64,000 bases of DNA from a bacterium. Lineage in GTDB: Bacteria > Margulisbacteria > Marinamargulisbacteria > JAHFDA01. The notes below the pieces were generated by a model that was given only the letters and a program-made list of their open reading frames with translations, had not been told where the DNA came from and did no database searches. A program made the translations under genes and the position numbers. This document shows positions 9,790 through 17,941 of the stretch, one piece after another. Numbering within the stretch: the first letter of the stretch is position 1; each line of letters starts with the position of its first letter. The DNA lies in contig JAHFDA010000005.1 in assembly GCA_023249225.1 (NCBI GenBank), positions 7,995 to 71,994 of the forward strand, in the 5' to 3' direction.

Positions 9790-10669
9790 TCACGGCCTCC
9801 AGATGAAATTGTTTGATATCAAGACCCTCAATGAGGTCGTGAATATATCCACCATTCCCCACCGTAGCCCATTCCGTTATCCGGGGGGGAAAACCTGGTT
9901 AGTGCCAAGAATACGAGAGTGGTTATTTGGCATTGAAAAACCAGCCTTATTTATTGAGCCCTTTGCCGGAGGAGCAATTGTGGGACTTTCGGTAGCATTT
10001 GAAAATCTTGCCAGCCAGGTTCTGCTAGTCGAAAAAGACGAGGAAGTGTCGGCGGTATGGAAAACCATTCTTAGCGAAGATGCCGAATGGTTGGCAAACC
10101 AGATCCTGTCATTTGATTTGTCGCATGACTCTGTCAAAAAAGAACTTGAAGCATCGGACAGTTCCACAAAACAGGTGGCCTTTAAAACGATTTTAAAAAA
10201 CCGGATTTACCACGGAGGCATTTTAGCGCCTGGAAGCGGCCTTATGAAAAATGGCGAAAACGGCAAAGGCCTGCTTTCCCGCTGGTATCCAGCCACATTG
10301 GCTGGCCGGATTCGGAATATTTTTAAAATAAAAAGCCGTATAAAATTCATTCAGGGTGACGGGATCGCCGTCATTCGATCTTTTTTAGACAATAAATCCG
10401 CTACTTTTTTTATTGATCCCCCCTACACTGCTTCTCGCAATAACCCTGGCAAAAGACTCTATACGCACCATGAGCTAAACCATGAAGATTTATTTAAAGT
10501 TTCTTCAGACATTGTCGGTCATTTTCTTATGACGTATGACAATGATCCAGAGATCGTCCGATTATCTGAAAAGCATCGCTTTGTGTTTCAATCCATTACC
10601 ATGAAAAATACCCATCATTCAAAAAAATCAGAGTTGTTAATTAGTAATGATCTTGCGTGGATCCATTGA
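9776..10669 (+). CDS. DNA N6-adenine methyltransferase, Dam/D12 class (alpha group)
   Basis: Motif I FRYPGGKTWLV resembles Dam KWAGGK. Motif IV is FFIDPPYTAS (DPPY). The order motif I then motif IV is the alpha-class arrangement. The gene overlaps the REase stop and sits in the same AT-rich block. Confidence 0.8.
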   Translation: MLPSSHGLQMKLFDIKTLNEVVNISTIPHRSPFRYPGGKTWLVPRIREWLFGIEKPALFIEPFAGGAIVGLSVAFENLASQVLLVEKDEEVSAVWKTILSEDAEWLANQILSFDLSHDSVKKELEASDSSTKQVAFKTILKNRIYHGGILAPGSGLMKNGENGKGLLSRWYPATLAGRIRNIFKIKSRIKFIQGDGIAVIRSFLDNKSATFFIDPPYTASRNNPGKRLYTHHELNHEDLFKVSSDIVGHFLMTYDNDPEIVRLSEKHRFVFQSITMKNTHHSKKSELLISNDLAWIH

Positions 10670-10700
10670 TAGCAATACGACAAGCCATTAGAGCAGGCGC

Positions 10701-11921
10701 ATGATTTCCCTCGCCGCAGCGCAAGCAATTTTAAAGCAGTGCCTCGACGCACATCGTCCGGTGATCCGAACTCTTTCCATCGAAGAAGCCGTCGGATACG
10801 TTTGCGCACGCGATATTCATGCCCAGCGCGAGCATCCGGCTTTTGACTACTCCGCCATGGACGGTTTTGCGCTGGACGTGCGCGACGTGCTTCCGAACGT
10901 CAGCGCGGAACGACCATCCGTACTCACGGTCGTCGGCGAAGTTGCCGCCGGGCGCAGCCACGAACGTCCGTGGGCACCCGCCACCTGCGTGCGCATCATG
11001 ACGGGTGCGCCTTTACCCGCGGGAGCCAATGCCGTGGTGCCATGGGAACAAGCCAGCGTTGCCGACTCCCGGATAACACTCCAGCGCCCTGTAGATCAGG
11101 GACAACACATACGCCGCGCCGGAGAGGATTTTAAGTTGCGTGAACGTCTGGTGACGCAGGGCAGTGTTTTTAATCCCCTGCATGCCGGGGTGCTGGCAAC
11201 GGCGGGTGTTCATGAAGTGGAGATCTACGTCAAACCGACGGTAGGTTTTCTAACCGTCGGCGATGAACTCCAAGACCGGAATGCCCAAGGTCCCATGATC
11301 ATCAACAGTAACCGCCACTTTATCGCCCAAAGCCTTGCGTATGCCGGGTATGCCTCCGATTGCGTGCCCGCCCCGGCCGATCATCCCGACCGCATCCGTA
11401 CGGCGCTTGTAGCCATGTTGGAACAATCGGACATGGTGATCACCACCGGCGGCTTGTCCGAAGGCACATACGATTACCTCCCCAAAGTCTTAAACGAAAT
11501 TTCTGCCGACGTACTCATTCGCAAAGTTTCCATCAAGCCTGGAAAACCGTTTACGTTTTCAAAATGGAAGGGCAAGTATATTTTTTCGCTACCCGGAAAT
11601 CCTGGCGCAGTGGTGGCGCTGCTCTATACGCTGGTGATTCCGTTTTTAAATGGCATGGCGCGTCGAAACGGAAACTTGCGGCAGGTATCCGTTCACTTGG
11701 AAACCGCTTACGCCAACCGCCATGACCGCGATGAAATTCTGTTTGTCTTGCCCGAACGGCGCAGAGAGGAATGGTTTCTTGCGCAGCTTCCGCAGCTTAA
11801 TTCTGGGTCGGTGGGTTTGCTGGCTTCGGCGCGTGGGTGGTGGCAGGTTCCGGCGCAAACGATTTTTGCCTGTGGAGATCAGGTTACGGTTACATTGTTT
11901 CCGTGGAATATTCATTCATAA
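10701..11921 (+). CDS. moeA: Molybdopterin molybdenumtransferase MoeA
   Basis: 406 aa with MoeA N-terminal, MoCF-binding and C-terminal regions (FDYSAMDGFAL; SLPGNPGAVVALLYTLVIPFL). Confidence 0.85.
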   Translation: MISLAAAQAILKQCLDAHRPVIRTLSIEEAVGYVCARDIHAQREHPAFDYSAMDGFALDVRDVLPNVSAERPSVLTVVGEVAAGRSHERPWAPATCVRIMTGAPLPAGANAVVPWEQASVADSRITLQRPVDQGQHIRRAGEDFKLRERLVTQGSVFNPLHAGVLATAGVHEVEIYVKPTVGFLTVGDELQDRNAQGPMIINSNRHFIAQSLAYAGYASDCVPAPADHPDRIRTALVAMLEQSDMVITTGGLSEGTYDYLPKVLNEISADVLIRKVSIKPGKPFTFSKWKGKYIFSLPGNPGAVVALLYTLVIPFLNGMARRNGNLRQVSVHLETAYANRHDRDEILFVLPERRREEWFLAQLPQLNSGSVGLLASARGWWQVPAQTIFACGDQVTVTLFPWNIHS

Positions 11922-11961
11922 CTTTCCTAAAAATAAAAATAACTTGTGATTTCAGCGCCGA

Positions 11962-12783
11962 TTGAACCTCTTATGGCTGGCATTGATTTTGCTTATATCT
12001 TGTCGAAGAGATTCCAATATGGCTGTAACCAAATCTTTATCTGGCGCTCCATCAGTTCTAAAAAATGCAGACAAAGCCTTGCCGGACTGCCCTTTTTGCA
12101 CAGTGCTCCCCCTGACGCGCCCAAAGGAGATTTCGGTCACATTGCCTTACGCAGAGTTTCGCCTTACGCCTGTTTCACAACAAAGACTTAAACTGGCGGC
12201 CAGGCACAATCTTTTCTACGAAGGGCAGCCAGCCTATCAAGCCTTCTACCTGCATCGCGGCTTTATAAAACGTTACCTTACCTTGCCGAGCGGTGAAGTC
12301 TATCTGATTAAATTGCACCAGGCCGGGGACACACTGGGTTTGGCCGATCTGATCCAGGGCTATCACGGCAGTACCGCCCAAACCCTTGAACCCTGTACTG
12401 TGTGTGTCATTGAAAAAACATCAATCAATGGATTTTTACAAGCGCATTCCGAAAAATCAGCATGGCTTTTTAGACAACTTGCCCGGGAGATCGAGGAACT
12501 GACCCGCAAGGCCGCCTCGCTGGCCTACAAATCTGTCCCAGCCCGTATCGCTGAAACGCTGCTTATGCTTAAAGATGCTTGTGGCGTTAAAGATCCCTCT
12601 GGACATACCGCTTTACAACTTCAATTTACCCGTGAAATGCTGGCCCAACTGGCGGGCACCGTGGTAGAAACCACCGTGCGTTGCTTAAGCCGGTTTAAGA
12701 CCCAAAAGTACATTGAGATTCAGCAAAGAAGAATTTATATCCTAAACGAAAATGTCTTAAGGGAGCTTGCGGAGCAAGGTTAG
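11962..12783 (+). CDS. Crp/Fnr-family transcriptional regulator, Fnr-like (Cys-containing N-terminus, cNMP-like sensor, C-terminal HTH); true start probably internal (M20 or later)
   Basis: The HTH VVETTVRCLSRFKTQKYI resembles Fnr TVETISRLLGRFQKSGML. TLEPCTVCVIEK aligns with Fnr ALETSMVCEIPF (Cys122 region). N-terminal DCPFC. Confidence 0.75.
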   Translation: MNLLWLALILLISCRRDSNMAVTKSLSGAPSVLKNADKALPDCPFCTVLPLTRPKEISVTLPYAEFRLTPVSQQRLKLAARHNLFYEGQPAYQAFYLHRGFIKRYLTLPSGEVYLIKLHQAGDTLGLADLIQGYHGSTAQTLEPCTVCVIEKTSINGFLQAHSEKSAWLFRQLAREIEELTRKAASLAYKSVPARIAETLLMLKDACGVKDPSGHTALQLQFTREMLAQLAGTVVETTVRCLSRFKTQKYIEIQQRRIYILNENVLRELAEQG

Positions 12784-12785
12784 GG

Positions 12786-14159
12786 CTAATCAATCACAAT
12801 TCCCAGTTCCTTGCACTTGCGATATAGCGAAGAAAGACTTAAGCCCGATTGCTTAGCCGCCTGACCCATGTTGCCTTGGGCACTGTTTAAGCAATGTTCG
12901 ATCCAGTCTTTTTGAAAACGGTCAGTGGCTTGTTTAAGATCTTCAGCCGAGTGATAGATCTCTGCCAATGCTGCGTCTGGCACCGTAGAAACATGCGCCT
13001 GCCACTCAAAATCATGGTGGCTTAACGTAGGCTCCTCCGAAAAAATGATGGCCCGCTCAATCATGTTTTCAAGTTCGCGCACGTTGCCTTTAAGGGGTAA
13101 GCCCATGAGAGCTTTAAGCGCAGATTTTTCGACACCCTTCATTTTTTTACCCATGCGCTTGCCATGCTTTTCAATAAAGTGCTGCACCAGTAGCGGGATA
13201 TCTTCACGCCGTTCCCGCAGGGGTGGCAAGTGAATGTTCACCACATTTAAACGGTAATACAGGTCTTCGCGGAAAGTTTTTTGCTCTACAGCCCGTTTCA
13301 GGTCTTGGTTGGTGGCTGCCACCACACGCAGGTCAATCGTGACTTCGTGATTGGTTCCCACCGGTCTAAAACAGCGTTCTTCGAGCACGCGTAGCAACTT
13401 TACTTGCAATGCAAGGGGCAGGTCTCCGATTTCGTCTAGCAAGATCGTGCCCCCATCGGCCTCGGCAAACAAACCCTGGCGCGCCTGTTCAGCGCCGGTA
13501 AAAGATCCTTTGGCGTGGCCAAACAATTCGCTTTCAATCAGATCTTTTGGAATTGCTCCGCAGTTAATCGACACAAAGGGTTTGTCTTTGTTGATCCCGC
13601 TATAGTGAATGGCGCGGGCCACCATCTCCTTGCCTGTGCCGCTTTCGCCGCCAATCAGCACCGTACTCTTATGTCGGCTGATTTTTTGCAGGATGCCAAA
13701 AAGGCGGCGCATGACGGCGGTTTGTCCCACAATGTTTTGAAAAGAACTTTGTCCAAGCAGTTCTTCGCGCAAGCGCCGGTTTTCGGCCTGCAACTGTTTT
13801 TGCTTCAGCGCCCGCCTGATGCGCAGAAGTAAATCGTCAAACTCAAGCGGCTTAACAATATAATCGCTGGCCCCAATTTTCATGGCCTCTACGGCCGTTT
13901 GAATGCTGCCAAAGGCCGTCATCAGAATAAACGGCAGTTCTGTCTCGCGGGTTTGTATCTTCTGCATGAGTTCCATGCCTGACAAACCCGGCATCATCAG
14001 ATCCGCCAGCACCAGATCGGGCAGGTCGCTGTCAAAACTTTTTAGCGCTGACGGGCCATCGTAGCAAGCGCTGACCCGATAGCCTTCGGTTTTTAAAAAC
14101 TCGGCGATGTTGTCGCAGTTGCTCCGTTCGTCTTCGGCGAGGAGTATATGGGCTGTCAT
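12786..14159 (-). CDS. Sigma-54-dependent response regulator, NtrC family (receiver, AAA+ sigma-54 activator, Fis-type HTH)
   Basis: HILLAEDE receiver. GESGTGKE Walker A. GAFTGA-like loop (GSFTGA). C-terminal HTH. Start taken at Met 34 (MTAHILL), whose ATG overlaps the kinase stop (ATGA). Confidence 0.85.
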   Translation of the reverse strand: MTAHILLAEDERSNCDNIAEFLKTEGYRVSACYDGPSALKSFDSDLPDLVLADLMMPGLSGMELMQKIQTRETELPFILMTAFGSIQTAVEAMKIGASDYIVKPLEFDDLLLRIRRALKQKQLQAENRRLREELLGQSSFQNIVGQTAVMRRLFGILQKISRHKSTVLIGGESGTGKEMVARAIHYSGINKDKPFVSINCGAIPKDLIESELFGHAKGSFTGAEQARQGLFAEADGGTILLDEIGDLPLALQVKLLRVLEERCFRPVGTNHEVTIDLRVVAATNQDLKRAVEQKTFREDLYYRLNVVNIHLPPLRERREDIPLLVQHFIEKHGKRMGKKMKGVEKSALKALMGLPLKGNVRELENMIERAIIFSEEPTLSHHDFEWQAHVSTVPDAALAEIYHSAEDLKQATDRFQKDWIEHCLNSAQGNMGQAAKQSGLSLSSLYRKCKELGIVID

Positions 14160-15232
14160 GTTTTTATCGGCAGCCATACCGAAACCTGTGCCCCCTTGCC
14201 GTCGGGCCGGTTCGAAACGTGAATTGCCCCGCTTTGCGCACGCACAATATTCTGGCAAATATATAGCCCTAAACCGGTGCCTTTGCCAGGGGACTTGGTG
14301 GTAAATAAGGGATCAAAGGCATGTTCCAAACTCTTAGCCGTAAACCCCGAACCCTCGTCCAAAAAATCCACCTGATAGAATCCGTTCTGGGTTTTAAAAC
14401 GGATCAGCACTTGTCCTTTGCCGTCCATGGCATCACCGGCATTGATCAGGATGTTGGTAAACACCTGCTGAAGTCGCGTTGCCGATCCCACGACCAGATA
14501 AGAGTCTTTGTCGGAAACGTCCATGACAACAGACAGATAACGTACCTGCGGATGGAACCTCACCAGCTCGAGCGCGCGCGTCAAGCAGTCGCGCACACTG
14601 ACTGTTTCTGTGACATCGCTGTTTACGTGCGCCGATTCCATCAGGTCGCGGATCACATGCGTGATGCGGTCGATATGTTCCCTGATTAAAGCTAGTTTTT
14701 CGCCCACAAAGGGTTCTTCCACCTTGCGCTGGAGCATCTGCACAATGGATGAGATTGATGTCAGGGGATTGCCAATTTCATGTGCTACGCCCGCGAGCAT
14801 CAGGCCCAAACTAACCATTTTCTCATGCTGAATCAGGCGCTCGTGCAATTCTTTTTGTGCCTCAATACACACTGAAATACCCATATAACCTGCAATCTTA
14901 CCTTCGTGTTTGTAAGGCGTAATCGTAAGCAGCGCTGGTATCTCGGTGCCGTCCTTGCAGCGGTTATAAATTTCACCCTTCCAAAAACCAATTTGCGGAT
15001 TTCTAATATCAGCCCACATGCGTTTATAAAACGCATCCGTGGTATGGCTCGAACGCACAATGGCATTGGTTTTTCCCCGTGCTTCCGCCTGCGTGTATCC
15101 GTAGATTCTGGTAAAAGATGGGTTTACATCCACAATGATGCCTTGGGTATTGGTAATGACCATGGCATCGGTCGAGTGTAAAAAAGATAAATGGAGAGCG
15201 TCCCTTAATTCAAAGTCTGTGACCGTGCTCAT
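14156..15232 (-). CDS. Cytoplasmic PAS-domain sensor histidine kinase
   Basis: N-terminal PAS. HisKA H-box HEIGNPLTSI. HATPase_c G-boxes (GTGLGL). No TM segments. Confidence 0.85.
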   Translation of the reverse strand: MSTVTDFELRDALHLSFLHSTDAMVITNTQGIIVDVNPSFTRIYGYTQAEARGKTNAIVRSSHTTDAFYKRMWADIRNPQIGFWKGEIYNRCKDGTEIPALLTITPYKHEGKIAGYMGISVCIEAQKELHERLIQHEKMVSLGLMLAGVAHEIGNPLTSISSIVQMLQRKVEEPFVGEKLALIREHIDRITHVIRDLMESAHVNSDVTETVSVRDCLTRALELVRFHPQVRYLSVVMDVSDKDSYLVVGSATRLQQVFTNILINAGDAMDGKGQVLIRFKTQNGFYQVDFLDEGSGFTAKSLEHAFDPLFTTKSPGKGTGLGLYICQNIVRAQSGAIHVSNRPDGKGAQVSVWLPIKT

Positions 15233-15310
15233 GTGTTGATCCCAAGGTATAAATAGTACCGGCTTAATTTTCGCATATCCAGGAAAATGCGCGGGGGTTG
15301 ATCAATCTTA

Positions 15311-15385
15311 CCCGGAGTATTCACGCATATGAAGCGGACTATTACACACGGGAACCCGCTACGAGTAAAGTATGAATAGTGCGGG
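15311..15385. repeat. REP-like intergenic repeat element, family 1, copy A (~75 bp)
   Basis: cccggagtATTCACGCATATGAAGCGGACTATTACACACGGGAACCCGC...TATGAATAGTGCGGG. Near-identical copies lie at 26016-26155 (longer, inverted) and 51178-51241. A fragment lies at 27688-27706. Confidence 0.65.
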
Positions 15386-15403
15386 TTAATCATGTCCGAT
15401 TAT

Positions 15404-15784
15404 TCAACCCGTGGTGGCGTGCAATTTCAAGGCCCGTTCAATCACCACCAGCAATTCATCAAAGTCAAAAGGTTTCGAAATGATATCGAAAAATCCATAA
15501 TCCACACTTTTGCCCCAGGTCTGATAATTGCCAAAAGCCGTAACCATGATGGCTGGCAAATGCGTTTGCTGTTTCAACAATTTTTCGTACACGTCAAAAC
15601 CATTCATCTGGGGCAGATTCATGTCGATGATCGCCAGGTCAACGGGCGGCTTAAAGCATTTCAAGACTTCCTGGCCGCTGGCAAAGGCCACACACCCATA
15701 GCCCATAGCCCTTAAAAATTCGGTAATGGCCTGGCGTGTGTCGGTCTCGTCTTCGATCAGCAAGATATGTTTTTTCTTTTTCAT
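15404..15784 (-). CDS. Single-domain CheY-like response regulator receiver
   Basis: 126 aa: HILLIEDE...DLAIIDMNLP...KP receiver signature, with no output domain. Confidence 0.85.
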   Translation of the reverse strand: MKKKKHILLIEDETDTRQAITEFLRAMGYGCVAFASGQEVLKCFKPPVDLAIIDMNLPQMNGFDVYEKLLKQQTHLPAIMVTAFGNYQTWGKSVDYGFFDIISKPFDFDELLVVIERALKLHATTG

Positions 15785-15788
15785 AAAA

Positions 15789-16989
15789 TCAAAGTAGCTG
15801 CAGTGGTACGGACACTTCCATGATCAGACCTGAAAAGTTGGGGTTATCCGTATAATCGCTGCGCGTATCCTTGGAATTGACGTACTGCCCGGCAGTCGAC
15901 ACAAATCCGCTGTACTGCTGAAAGACATACTCGGTTTTCAATAACATCTCTGGTGTCATCCAAAATCCGATACCGGCCTGTGCACGGCGGATCTTGGCGT
16001 TCATGGCCACATCCTTATAGGTATCGGCATCGGCTTCGCTGTAACGCGCCGCAAGATACAAGCCAGGGCAAAAGGTCCATTTGGATTCAGCCACAAAGTA
16101 GGTCCAACGTTCAACGGGCTCGCCTGCACTGGAGCCGTTTAAATCGGCATCTACCAATTTTCCGAAAATGCCTTTGACTTCTAGTGTATCCAGCAGGCGG
16201 GTAGCCGCATCAAGCTGCCAAGCCTCGATATTAACGCCCCGGCCCATCTTGGCCTGGCCGGCATTGCCATCGCTGGGGCCGTCAATGACGGTGGCATAAC
16301 GGCTGTTGCTGCGGTTGGCTGCAAAAAGCTCGGTGGTGTTGGCGCTGGTATCCGATTGGTCTACACGGTAGTAAGAAAACGCCAGCACATAGGTTTTATC
16401 AGCCGGTTCGTAGCTTAATTTTCCGTGCGCGGCAAAATGCCGGTTGGTCATAAAACCTTCGGTCGTGAGGCCGTTGCTTAAGCCGGCTACCCAACCAAGC
16501 GGGCCAAGGTTGCCTATCAGTTCCATGCCACCCTCGACGGTGTTGGGATCCACGATGGCATTACCCACCAAAGAATTAGCCTGCACTTCACCGTTGTCTG
16601 ATCGGCTGCTGCGGGCATTACCAAAATCAATTTCAAAATGACCGGCCTTGATCTTAAAATAATTGAGGATCTGGTTTAGACCCAGAACGTTGTCCGGAAA
16701 GCGCGTCAACATGACATAGCCTTCACGGTCCATCAGGTAGCCCAAATGGTTTCGACTACCCAGGTAGAATTCCGAATAGACGTCCATGCCATCATAAATA
16801 GTCGTATAAAGATGTAAGTTTGCCACTGCGGCCTGCCACCCAGGCTCAAGCATAAGGCCTGACTGCCCTAAGAATTGAAAGGTCTGTTGCGTGCTCATCC
16901 AAACGTGCGTGTTTTGCAAACCGGCGGCACCGGCCAGCGATGGAAACAAAAGCAGCAGGCCAAGCACCCACGACCACTTACTTTTCATA
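15789..16989 (-). CDS. Uncharacterised outer-membrane beta-barrel (porin-like) protein with signal peptide
   Basis: Signal peptide MKSKWSWVLGLLLLFPSLAGAAG, then about 380 aa of alternating amphipathic beta-strand-like sequence rich in G/Y/N/S. Start taken at internal Met 13. Confidence 0.5.
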
Positions 16990-17625
16990 TAGACCTCCCT
17001 GTGATTTTTCAATCTGCATGTCAAAACGGACTCGAATCTGGTTTTCTACATTGAAAATAAAAAAGAACGAGGGGGGCTCAACGCCGTAATCCCGCATCAG
17101 AATTTCATAATCCCCGGTCACTCGAAACCCGTTTGATACAGGTAGTATCGCCGCATCTACTGCCACTGCGCGGTCAACGCCGGCTACACGTAGTACGCCC
17201 TTGGTGTATACGCGGTGTGGGTCTTTTCCATCAGCATCCCGCAGCAATTCGTAGGATTTCACCGTGTATTGGATGGCATCAAAATGTTCGGCCTTAAGCG
17301 CCGTGCGCATGTTCAGATCCATGGCCGGATCAAAGGACTTAAGTTCGGCTACCGGAATCGAAATCATAAAATCCCCGACCAGCTTTTTTTCGACCCAATC
17401 CATGGGTGACAATGCCGTTGAAATTTGTCCGGTAGTTACTTTGACAAAAAGCTCAACGCGGTTGGCGGTGATGCTGAACGGATGCAGTGTGGAATTGCCT
17501 TCCAGCCAAAGCTTGCTTTGGGGGTTTAATATTTCTTGCGCCAGGACGGACGTGTTAAGACACAAAACCAATCCCCACACGAGTCCTGCCGCCTGTGCCC
17601 ATTTAAGAATTTTTAGCGTTCTCAT
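16978..17625 (-). CDS. Periplasmic YceI-like domain protein (putative polyisoprenoid-binding)
   Basis: Signal peptide, then about 180 aa of length and composition matching the YceI family. This is a weak call. Confidence 0.45.
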   Translation of the reverse strand: MRTLKILKWAQAAGLVWGLVLCLNTSVLAQEILNPQSKLWLEGNSTLHPFSITANRVELFVKVTTGQISTALSPMDWVEKKLVGDFMISIPVAELKSFDPAMDLNMRTALKAEHFDAIQYTVKSYELLRDADGKDPHRVYTKGVLRVAGVDRAVAVDAAILPVSNGFRVTGDYEILMRDYGVEPPSFFFIFNVENQIRVRFDMQIEKSQGGLYEK

Positions 17626-17778
17626 GGCTATCTGTTCCCATGGAGGATCATTTTTGCTGCCAGCGATGGAACAGTTTTAAATAAAAATACGTATCAGAAA
17701 TAGGAGAGTTTTACTTATTTTGAGAAAAAATCAGATGGTCTACAAAAGTATGAATAATGCAGGTTATAATAACCCCGT

Positions 17779-17852
17779 TCCCCCCTGGTGTAAGGGTAGC
17801 ACAACAGATTTTGGTTCTGTTTGTCGTGGTTCGAATCCATGGGGGGGAGCCA
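17779..17852 (+). tRNA. tRNA-Gln (anticodon UUG), CCA encoded
   Basis: Cloverleaf read directly from the sequence. Acceptor TCCCCCC pairs with GGGGGGA. D-arm GTG-TAAGGGTAG-CAC. Anticodon stem ACAGA/TCTGT with loop TTTTGGT gives anticodon TTG. T-arm CGTGG-TTCGAAT-CCATG. Discriminator G, then CCA. A TATAAT box lies about 9 nt upstream, at 17765-17770. Confidence 0.75.
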
Positions 17853-17941
17853 TTCGACTTGCCCCCGGCGCGTTCAGGGCAGGCCAAACTCTAAAAATCC
17901 CACTCCACCAACCGGGGTCAAGCACCGATATAAACCATTCC

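Noticed and set aside
17626-17778. Assignment of a full sigma-70 promoter for the tRNA
   Set aside because: A clean TATAAT is present 9 nt upstream, but no convincing -35 at 17 bp spacing. Only the -10 is mentioned.
17720-17941. ORF-track 5' extension of the Lon-like gene from a TTG start
   Set aside because: It overlaps a well-formed tRNA-Gln gene and its promoter. A protein-coding region cannot run through it.
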